From the IMG/VR virus record IMGVR_UViG_3300016666_000205, positions 1 through 31,693 of that record: DNA of 31,693 bases, one strand, 5' to 3'. Made by a program: the position numbers and the translations under genes. Under the pieces are notes generated by a model. That model had not been told where the DNA came from. It made no database searches and saw nothing but the letters and a program-made list of their open reading frames with translations. This document shows positions 1 through 7,581 of this stretch, one piece after another; position 1 is the first letter of the stretch; every line of letters begins with the position of its first letter. Origin of the DNA: a virus. Its lineage: Duplodnaviria; Caudoviricetes.

Positions 1-162
1 GCCATTGGCTACGCAGAAGGCATCGCTCCCAAGACCGAGATCAACTACATCCCCGAGAAGACCAGCTGGCTTGTCAACGCCCTGTTCTCTGCCGGTGCTG
101 TGGCTATCGACGCCGAGGGTATCGTTAAAATCACTGCCCGCGACACTGCGGCTGCAGCCTAA
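1..162 (+). CDS. Major capsid protein, C-terminal fragment (5' truncated by window)
   Basis: Frame 1 is open from base 1: AIGYAEGIAPKTEINYIPEKTSWLVNALFSAGAVAIDAEGIVKITARDTAAAA, then TAA at 160-162. It resembles BPP-1-like capsid C-termini and lies upstream of the tail tubular genes. Confidence 0.8.
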   Translation, partial: AIGYAEGIAPKTEINYIPEKTSWLVNALFSAGAVAIDAEGIVKITARDTAAAA

Positions 163-178
163 TTAGGAGGGTCTGAAA

Positions 179-469
179 ATGGCTTTTGATGCAGCAGGCT
201 TAAATGCCGCAGGTGGACAGTCCAAAGCGGGCAATGCCCCACAAATGTGGACCTACACCACCACCGACGCCGCCGCTACGGTTGACACCAGCGGTTACTT
301 CAACAGCATCGCTTCCATCCTGAAGGTTGGCGATCTCATCTATCGTGTTACCACCAGCTCTGGCTCTGTGTCTTCTGCTGGCTTCCACGTTGTGATGTCG
401 ATCTCCGCTGCCGGCGTGGTTGACGTTGCTGACGCACAGGCCGTCAACACCGGCACCAACACCGACTGA
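179..469 (+). CDS. Small virion protein, probable capsid decoration/cement protein (96 aa)
   Basis: AGGAGG RBS just upstream of the ATG; beta-rich small-residue protein directly after the capsid gene. Confidence 0.6.
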   Translation: MAFDAAGLNAAGGQSKAGNAPQMWTYTTTDAAATVDTSGYFNSIASILKVGDLIYRVTTSSGSVSSAGFHVVMSISAAGVVDVADAQAVNTGTNTD

Positions 470-487
470 TCGCAGTCGGCACCAAGC

Positions 488-524
488 GGGCCAGCCACTG
501 AGCAATCGGAGGCTGGCCCTTCTC
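488..524 (+). terminator. Probable leaky intrinsic terminator after the capsid genes
   Basis: GGGCCAGCC-a-CTGA-GCAA-TCGG-a-GGCTGGCCC hairpin with a GNRA loop, followed by only TTCT (weak U tract). Position is analogous to the T7 post-capsid terminator. Confidence 0.65.
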
Positions 525-540
525 ACATTAAGGGGTCCTC

Positions 541-1155
541 ATGGCAGCTGGAGATACTGGAATCACGATCTGCTCGGATGCACTCATCATGCTGGGTGCA
601 AAGGCGATCACATCGTTCAACGATGGCACCGACGAGTCCAGCACCTGCGACCGTCTGTATCCCGATATTCGCGACTCCACGCTGGTCATGTACCCGTGGA
701 CATTCAACACCAAGAAAATCCAACTCGCGCAGCTGCTGACAGCGCCTGGCTCTGTGTGGCAATACGCCTATCAGCTGCCTGGTGACAAGTTGGCCAACCC
801 TCGCGCCGTGTATGACACCGCTGCCGTTGGCGCTTCTCCTCGCAAAGATTGGGAGATCCAAGGAGATCAGCTGCTGACCAACATGCCAGCTGTCTATATC
901 GACTATCAATATCAGATCGCTGAGTACGCGATGCCTCAGTACTTTGTGCAGCTCATGAAGTACATGATGGCATGGCACCTCGCACTGCCCGTCACAGAGC
1001 AGGCAGACCGTGCCCAGTACTGGCAGGGCGTGGCTGTTGGCGCGCCAACAGAGAATGGCCGTGGTGGCTATTTCCGCACTGCCATGAACATTGATGGCAC
1101 ACACAACCCTGTGCGCGTCATTGATGACTACAGCCTGGTGGCAGTGAGGAACTGA
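541..1155 (+). CDS. Tail tubular protein A / head-tail adaptor (T7 gp11-like, 204 aa)
   Basis: ICSDALIMLGA..I.SF, YPWTF and YAYQLPGD motifs; size and synteny. Confidence 0.8.
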   Translation: MAAGDTGITICSDALIMLGAKAITSFNDGTDESSTCDRLYPDIRDSTLVMYPWTFNTKKIQLAQLLTAPGSVWQYAYQLPGDKLANPRAVYDTAAVGASPRKDWEIQGDQLLTNMPAVYIDYQYQIAEYAMPQYFVQLMKYMMAWHLALPVTEQADRAQYWQGVAVGAPTENGRGGYFRTAMNIDGTHNPVRVIDDYSLVAVRN

Positions 1156-3146
1156 TGCCACGCTTCGTTGACATCCAGACCAACTTCTCGACGGGCGAGC
1201 TCGACCCATTGTTGCGCTCGCGTGTTGATCTGCAGCAGTACAACAACGCATTGGCCAAGGCCACCAACGTGGTGATCCAGCCCCAGGGTGGCATGCGCCG
1301 CAGGCCTGGCCTCAAGTACCTGGCAGAGCTGCCAAACAGTTCAACGCCCAGCGCAGCCAATGGTGTGCGCCTGGTGCCATTTGAGTTCTCGGTGGATGAC
1401 AGCTACATGCTGTGCTTCACCCACAACCGCATGTATGTGTTCAAGGACGGTGTCCAGATCACAAACATCAACGCATCTGGCAACCCATACCTGACCACCA
1501 GCATCACAGGTGCCATGCTGTCTGAGATCTGCTGGACGCAGTCTGCTGACACCATGATCATCGTCCACCCCGATCTGCAGCCTGTGAAGCTGGTTCGCGG
1601 TGGCAGCGATGCAAGCTGGACCATCAGCACCATCACCTTTGACAGCATCCCCAAGTACGCATTCACACTGACCGTTGCCACACCATCAGTTGGCCACCTA
1701 ACACCAAGCGCGGTGTCTGGCAATGTGACGCTGACATCTCAGAACAGCTATTTCAACTCCAGCCATGTTGGCCAGTACATCAACGCGCAGCCTCAAGGAC
1801 GCGCCAGGATCATCGCTGTTGACAGTGGCACCGTGGTGAGAGCTGTCACCGAGTACCCGTTTTTCAATACTGCCAACATCCCGCAGGGCAGCTGGGAAGT
1901 GGAGACAGGCTACGAAGATGTGTGGAGCTCTGGTAAGGGCTGGCCACGCACCGTCACCTTCCATGAGGGTCGCCTCTACTTTGGTGGCAGCAAGTCTCGC
2001 CCATCCACCATCTGGGGCAGCAAGATCGGATTGTTCTTTGAGTTTTCGCCAACAGAGGCATTGGATGACGATGCTGTCGAGGCAACGCTGGATACCTCGC
2101 AGCTCAACGTCATTGTGGACTTGATCAGCGGTCGCGACCTGCAAGTGTTCACCACCGGTGGCGAATTCTTTGTGCCACAAACAGGCACCGAGCCGATCAC
2201 ACCGCTGACGCTGACATTCAAGGCTGTGAGCCGCAATGGCACCAAGACCGGCACCCGTGTGCAGTCGCTCGAGAGCGGCACGGTCTACATCCAGCGCCAG
2301 GGCAAGTCGCTCAATGAGTTCTTGTTCAGTGACACACAGCTGACCTATGTGACACAACGCATCTCTTTGCTGTCTGGCCACCTTCTCAAGTCTCCCAAGC
2401 GCATGGCGCTGCGCCGTGCAACCAGCACCGACGAGGGTGACCTGCTGCTGATGTCCAACGACACCGACGGCACCATGGCTGTGTTCAGCATCATGCGCTC
2501 ACAGCAGATCACTGCCCCGTCAGAGTTCATCACCGATGGCAGCTTTGTGGATGTGGGCGTGGATGTGACCGACATCTATGTGGTGGTCAAGCGCACATTC
2601 AATGGCACTGATCGCTACTTTGTGGAGCTCTTCAGTTACTCGCTATTCACTGACTGCGCGTTTACTGGTGGCTCTGCTGGTGGCGTTGGATCCGGCCTGC
2701 CCCACATCGGCAAGTCTCTCAACGTGATCTGCGACGGTGTGCCACAAGGCGACGAGACAGTGAGCGCTGGCGGTGCTGTCACTTTCGACCGCGAGAGCAC
2801 CACATCCTACGAGGTGGGCCTGCCATTCACCGTGTACGCCAAGACGATGCCAGTGGAAATCCGCTTGCAAACAGGCACCAGGCTGGGCTTCAAAAAGCGC
2901 ATCGTGGAGATCAACGCCTTTGTGGACAACACACAGCACTTGTCTCTCAACGAGAACCCTGTGCCCTTCCGCAGTTTTGACAACCCGCTCACAGACAAGG
3001 CAGAGCCCATCTTCACGGGCGTTAAGCGTGTCAATGGTGTGCTGGGCTATTCCCGCGAGCAGGCCATCGAGATTGGCCAGAGCCTGCCGCTCAAGATGAC
3101 GCTGCTTGGCCTTGAGTACAAGGTCGCAGTGAGTGGAGGCACTTAA
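1155..3146 (+). CDS. Tail tubular protein B / nozzle (T7 gp12, P22 gp10-like, 663 aa)
   Basis: N-terminal QTNFSTGELDP, GGMRRRPG, RLVPFEFS and WPRTVTFHEGRLYFGG motifs; coupled to the upstream gene by TGATG. Confidence 0.85.
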   Translation: MPRFVDIQTNFSTGELDPLLRSRVDLQQYNNALAKATNVVIQPQGGMRRRPGLKYLAELPNSSTPSAANGVRLVPFEFSVDDSYMLCFTHNRMYVFKDGVQITNINASGNPYLTTSITGAMLSEICWTQSADTMIIVHPDLQPVKLVRGGSDASWTISTITFDSIPKYAFTLTVATPSVGHLTPSAVSGNVTLTSQNSYFNSSHVGQYINAQPQGRARIIAVDSGTVVRAVTEYPFFNTANIPQGSWEVETGYEDVWSSGKGWPRTVTFHEGRLYFGGSKSRPSTIWGSKIGLFFEFSPTEALDDDAVEATLDTSQLNVIVDLISGRDLQVFTTGGEFFVPQTGTEPITPLTLTFKAVSRNGTKTGTRVQSLESGTVYIQRQGKSLNEFLFSDTQLTYVTQRISLLSGHLLKSPKRMALRRATSTDEGDLLLMSNDTDGTMAVFSIMRSQQITAPSEFITDGSFVDVGVDVTDIYVVVKRTFNGTDRYFVELFSYSLFTDCAFTGGSAGGVGSGLPHIGKSLNVICDGVPQGDETVSAGGAVTFDRESTTSYEVGLPFTVYAKTMPVEIRLQTGTRLGFKKRIVEINAFVDNTQHLSLNENPVPFRSFDNPLTDKAEPIFTGVKRVNGVLGYSREQAIEIGQSLPLKMTLLGLEYKVAVSGGT

Positions 3147-3853
3147 TGGCTGACTTTTTTGAAAACGACGGCACATCATCCAGCGACGGCAGCGTCACCT
3201 TCAAAGATGTGATGAAGGTAGGCGGCGACATCTTCTCTGCTGTGCAGGGTGGCGTCAACGCTGTGTCGCCCTATGCAGCGATGGCCATGTCCTATGCGTC
3301 TGCAGAACGACAGAAGGCTGCTGCCTACTACCAGCAAGGACTCTATGAGGTCCAGGCCATTGACACACTGCGCCTGGCTCAGATTCGCACCGATCAGGAC
3401 AGCAAGTATGCAGCCATCCAGGCTGGCCGCAAGCTCAAGGCCGCAGAGATGACTGCGCTCAACTACACCATGCAAGGAAATACCCTGCTTCGCACCATGG
3501 AGCGTGCCAACGCTGCTGTGCGTGCCCGTGCAGCTGCCAACGGTGTGGCCTATGCGGAAGGATCTGCTGGCGCTGTTCAGCGTGCCAATGTGGCAAACAC
3601 TTACAGGGATGTGGGCGTCAGCGATCTCAATGCGCTGACAGCTCGCGTGCTTGGCTATGAGGACGCATCGGCCATGTTCTTGGCAGCAGAGGAGCAAAAG
3701 TCTCTGACCATGAATGCTGCAGAGACACAGGCCCGTCAGCTCCGCATGGCTGGCGACTTCGCCGTCAAGAGTGGTGGACTGCTGGCCGGCGCGACACTCG
3801 CGCAGGGCACGCTGGACTTCGCCAAGACTGTTCGCAACCCATTCACCTCATAA
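3146..3853 (+). CDS. Putative internal virion/ejection protein (gp14-like, 235 aa)
   Basis: Ala-rich helical protein with RARAAANGV..EGSA; first gene after the nozzle. Confidence 0.6.
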   Translation: MADFFENDGTSSSDGSVTFKDVMKVGGDIFSAVQGGVNAVSPYAAMAMSYASAERQKAAAYYQQGLYEVQAIDTLRLAQIRTDQDSKYAAIQAGRKLKAAEMTALNYTMQGNTLLRTMERANAAVRARAAANGVAYAEGSAGAVQRANVANTYRDVGVSDLNALTARVLGYEDASAMFLAAEEQKSLTMNAAETQARQLRMAGDFAVKSGGLLAGATLAQGTLDFAKTVRNPFTS

Positions 3854-3856
3854 GCC

Positions 3857-5578
3857 ATGGCAGACCTACCATTACTCCAACCAGGCCGAGTGGAAAACAT
3901 CGGCATCCCAGGCGCGGTAACACCGCAGGTCAATGCACCCCAGGTGGACTATGTGGGCCTGCGTGCAGGTGCAGCCAACGCACAGACCGTGGCGCAGACG
4001 CTGGACCGCTTGAGTGGCCAGCTCTTTGGCATCGCCAAGAATGCTGCTGTCGAGGCCGGCTACCAGTATGTGGCCGACAACCCTGTCACACCAGAGCAGC
4101 TCGAGGCAGCCAAGCGTGGCGACACTCGACCCCTCAATCTGGGTGGATCTCTCAACGTCTTTGACCAGGCTGTGCGTAAGGCGCGAGCTCTCGAGGTGTC
4201 TGGCAACTTTGAGGCCGAGGCACGCAACAAGCTGACCGTGATGCTGACCGCCATCGAGAATGGACAGGCCACCACCGATCAGGTGCAAAGCGAAATCAAC
4301 GCCATGATGAATGGCTACAGCAAGAGCCTGTCTGGTGTTGATCCAGAGGCCTCGCTCAAGTTCCGCGCAACCATCGCAACCGCTGGCAACACTGTGCTGG
4401 CCAAGGCTGCAGAGGCCGAGATCAAGCGACGCAAGCAAGAGCAGATCATCAAGTTCGACAAGGACTTTGACAACAGCATCAGGCTGCTCGAGGCAGCTGT
4501 GAGCCAGGGATTCTGGATTGATCCACGCTCTGGTGAGAAGCGCAGCGTTGACGAGTTTGGTGATGTGTATCGCCAGACCATCAGCACCAGCGCGCTGCTC
4601 ATCGGTGACGCCAACCTACAAAAGCAGTACAGCGACAAGTTTGAGGCCGCATTCAAGCAGGCCAAGATCGGGGCCACCACAGCCTTTGTGGTTGGCGACG
4701 AGTTCAGCCGTGACCCAGAGGGTGGCTTGGCCAGACTGCGCTATGGCGACGCCGGCAAGATGAGCGATGTCTTCCGCGCCATGCCATATGAGGATAAGGC
4801 CAAGGTCATTGCCAACTACATGGTGGCCATGAACGAGCGCAACACGCTGCAAGAGCGCAAGCGCACAGAAGACAAGCGTGCAGCCGTGGCTGAGTTTGTT
4901 CCCCTGTACGAGCGTGCTGTGCAGCTGCCAGAGGGTAGCCCGCAGCGCAAGGCGTTGGCCCTGCAGATCGGCTCCATTGCCCAGCGCAATCCAGATGCTG
5001 TGCCCCTGTCGGTCATCAAGGACCTGCTCGAGCCAAGCAAAGAAGGCAACGCGCTGGCTGAGTTCAATGTGCTGCGTGGCATCTACGATGGCACCATCAA
5101 CAGCCCAGATCAGATCTACAGCAACACCGCGCTCAATGCCCGCCAGAAGGTCAATCTGCTCAAGACGCTGACCACAGAGGACCGCCGCGACCAGCGCGAG
5201 CTCGACACCGGCTTGGCCAAGTTGGCAGGCATCCCTGTGATCCCTGGTTCACCCGTGGTGATCGACCCCAAGGGAATTGAGTTCCAGCGCCTGCAGCAGC
5301 TGCGTGCCGATGCCCAGCAGATTCAGTCTGAGGCTACTCGCGACAACAAGATCCTGACGCCGCGCCAGACCCTGCTGCAGCTTGAGAAGAAGCTGGAGGA
5401 GCGCCGCAACAGCGAAACGGCCAAGGCAGCAAAGACTTCGCTTGAGACATTCGAGAAGAAGGCAGGCGGGTCCATTACACGCGATAGCCTGCCCGCGCTG
5501 GAGCGCAGCGGCAAGCTCAACAAGAACGAGATCAACCGAGTCAAGCGCCTGCTGGATCAGGCAGAAGGGATGCAGTAA
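3857..5578 (+). CDS. Putative internal virion/ejection protein (573 aa)
   Basis: Long helical ORF with phage-typical codon use in the ejection-protein block. Confidence 0.6.
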   Translation: MADLPLLQPGRVENIGIPGAVTPQVNAPQVDYVGLRAGAANAQTVAQTLDRLSGQLFGIAKNAAVEAGYQYVADNPVTPEQLEAAKRGDTRPLNLGGSLNVFDQAVRKARALEVSGNFEAEARNKLTVMLTAIENGQATTDQVQSEINAMMNGYSKSLSGVDPEASLKFRATIATAGNTVLAKAAEAEIKRRKQEQIIKFDKDFDNSIRLLEAAVSQGFWIDPRSGEKRSVDEFGDVYRQTISTSALLIGDANLQKQYSDKFEAAFKQAKIGATTAFVVGDEFSRDPEGGLARLRYGDAGKMSDVFRAMPYEDKAKVIANYMVAMNERNTLQERKRTEDKRAAVAEFVPLYERAVQLPEGSPQRKALALQIGSIAQRNPDAVPLSVIKDLLEPSKEGNALAEFNVLRGIYDGTINSPDQIYSNTALNARQKVNLLKTLTTEDRRDQRELDTGLAKLAGIPVIPGSPVVIDPKGIEFQRLQQLRADAQQIQSEATRDNKILTPRQTLLQLEKKLEERRNSETAKAAKTSLETFEKKAGGSITRDSLPALERSGKLNKNEINRVKRLLDQAEGMQ

Positions 5579-7581
5579 TGGCGCTCAGTCCAGTAGAAGA
5601 CAAATTCCTGTCGGCGCTCACCGCTGTCCAATTCCCATCAGAACCTGTTGCTGATTTGCAACAGACACAAGATTCTGCTGTTAGTGAGCCTGTGTTATTA
5701 GCCATGGGTGGCAGTGGTGCTGGAGCTGGTCGCAGATCTGATCGCTCCATGTCTGATGTGCCAATGGCGCTGATGGACACTGGTGCTGGACTTGTGCGCG
5801 GTGCTGTGGCTCAGACGCTTGGCCTGCCTGGTGATATGCAGATGCTCTACAACGGTCTGAAATCAATCTTCAATCGACCAGAGGATCAAGGCCGCTTGGA
5901 GGCTTTTGCCAAGGGTTTGAACGAGGGAACGCTATTCCCGACTACAGAACGCATGGGAGAGATCCTGCCACCCGTTGTGCCAGCTGGTGCGCCTGACGCA
6001 AAGATGCGCTCGCACACCGCCAACGTGGCGCAGCAGTTTGGCGAGATCGCACCGCTGCCTGGTTTGGTTGATGTTGGTGTGGCTGGCGTCAAGGCTGGTG
6101 CAAAGGCGCTGGCGCCTACCGCTGGCGAGATGGCGCTCAAGAGCATGCAAAAGCTCGGCACACCAGTGCAGATGAACATTGTGCCACCTGGTCCTGCTGT
6201 GGTCAGCACCCGCCTGCCGACCGCTGTAAAGGCCACAGAAGACCCGATTGCCAACAAGCTAGTGATTGACCTGCAGGCATCCAAGACAGATCCTAATGCC
6301 TTCTCTCACAATCTGGGGCTGGTTAAACAATACCCCAACTTCGCCAGCAAAGCACGCAACCCTGATCGCCAGGCTGAAGACTTCATCACCGAGGTGAAGA
6401 ACAATCTGCTGTATCTGCACGACCAGGTACCAGAAGCAACGCGCCAGCGCAGCAAGCTCTGGTACGACGGTGCTCGCAACATTGTGGATCGCTGGGTGAC
6501 TGACTACAACATGCCAGACCAGGCGATCTCTGGCGTGCTGGCTGTGCTGTCTCCGCAGAAGGATTGGTTCATGAATGTGAGCCTGGGCCAGCGCGTGCTT
6601 GACATCATGGGTGGCCAGCAGCAACACCGCTGGGATAACGCGATGACGAACACGGCCAAGGTCATCTGGTCTGACCCGAAGTACGCACCCATGCTGGACG
6701 CCATCAAAGGCAAGACGCTGCAGGAGATCAATGAGCCTGGTCTTAAGGCCATGTGGCTGCGTACATATGACCAGGCATACCTGCCCCGCGAGCACCAGAT
6801 CGTCACGCCAGAAGGAGACTTCTCTGGCATCCGCTTGAACCAGGACGGCACCCCTACCAAGACCGGCTGGGGTTCGCTCAACGAGATCGGCAAAGCCATT
6901 GTGATTCTGGATAACCCGAGCCTGGAAAACATCAGCAGCAACCTCGGTCAGCAGCACAAGGTTCGCAACTTCTACAACAACATTTATGCGCCAAGCGACC
7001 CGGCTGGCCATGTGACTGTTGACACCCATGCGGTGGCCGCCGGCCTGCTGCGCCCGCTGTCTGGAAACAGCCGCGAGGTTCTTCATAACTTTGGTTCTAA
7101 TGTGAAAGGTGAAGTTGGGCCGAAGAACAGCTCGATCACTGGCGTGCAGGGCACCTATGGTCTGTATGCCGAGGCATATCGCCGTGCAGCTGCAGAGCGC
7201 GGCATTCTGCCCCGTGAGATGCAGTCGATTACCTGGGAAGCTGTGCGTGGTTTGTTCCCCGATACATTCAAGAGCCAGGCCAAGAATGTTGAGCAAATAG
7301 ACAATATCTGGCTACAATATCGGAAAGGGAAAATGTCCCTTGAGGAGGCACGCGATGAAGTCTTTAGAGCCGCAGGCGGTATCAACGCCCCCGAGTGGGA
7401 GCGGGCCGGACTTCGTCCTGGATCTGCTCAAGCAGTTCAACCTGCCACTGACCAGGGACAACTACCTGGGGCTGGCGTATCCGGAGGGGGCACCACCGGA
7501 TCTGGACGAAACCAGCCTGCCGCCCGAAATTCGTCAAGCGTAAATCGGGGCCGTCAAGCTCCGCAGTCAGGAGCTAACTGA
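5578..7581 (+). CDS. Putative internal virion protein with HhH-GPD glycosylase-like domain (667 aa)
   Basis: Located in the ejection block. Motifs WYD, LAVLSPQKDWFMN, KVRNFYNNI, VTVDTHA and YAEAYRRAA..GILPREMQSITW; VDTH recalls the catalytic-Asp motif of EndoIII/MutY. Confidence 0.6.
   Translation: MALSPVEDKFLSALTAVQFPSEPVADLQQTQDSAVSEPVLLAMGGSGAGAGRRSDRSMSDVPMALMDTGAGLVRGAVAQTLGLPGDMQMLYNGLKSIFNRPEDQGRLEAFAKGLNEGTLFPTTERMGEILPPVVPAGAPDAKMRSHTANVAQQFGEIAPLPGLVDVGVAGVKAGAKALAPTAGEMALKSMQKLGTPVQMNIVPPGPAVVSTRLPTAVKATEDPIANKLVIDLQASKTDPNAFSHNLGLVKQYPNFASKARNPDRQAEDFITEVKNNLLYLHDQVPEATRQRSKLWYDGARNIVDRWVTDYNMPDQAISGVLAVLSPQKDWFMNVSLGQRVLDIMGGQQQHRWDNAMTNTAKVIWSDPKYAPMLDAIKGKTLQEINEPGLKAMWLRTYDQAYLPREHQIVTPEGDFSGIRLNQDGTPTKTGWGSLNEIGKAIVILDNPSLENISSNLGQQHKVRNFYNNIYAPSDPAGHVTVDTHAVAAGLLRPLSGNSREVLHNFGSNVKGEVGPKNSSITGVQGTYGLYAEAYRRAAAERGILPREMQSITWEAVRGLFPDTFKSQAKNVEQIDNIWLQYRKGKMSLEEARDEVFRAAGGINAPEWERAGLRPGSAQAVQPATDQGQLPGAGVSGGGTTGSGRNQPAARNSSSVNRGRQAPQSGAN
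7355..7543 (+). CDS. Small acidic protein (62 aa) nested in the +1 frame of the 667 aa gene; candidate immunity/inhibitor
   Basis: GAGGAGG at 7342-7348 lies 6 nt before ATG 7355. The product MKSLEPQ...DFVLDLLKQFNLPLTRDNYLGLAYPEGAPPDLDETSLPPEIRQA is protein-like, while the host frame here is low-complexity G/S/Q/R. Confidence 0.6.
   Translation: MKSLEPQAVSTPPSGSGPDFVLDLLKQFNLPLTRDNYLGLAYPEGAPPDLDETSLPPEIRQA

Noticed and set aside
6259-7296. 345-aa minus-strand ORF, and similar long antisense ORFs (523-1251, 1698-2381, 10335-11060, 17156-17842, 18291-19043, 27581-28264)
   Set aside because: These are antisense shadows of well-supported genes in GC-rich, codon-biased DNA, with no recognisable motifs.
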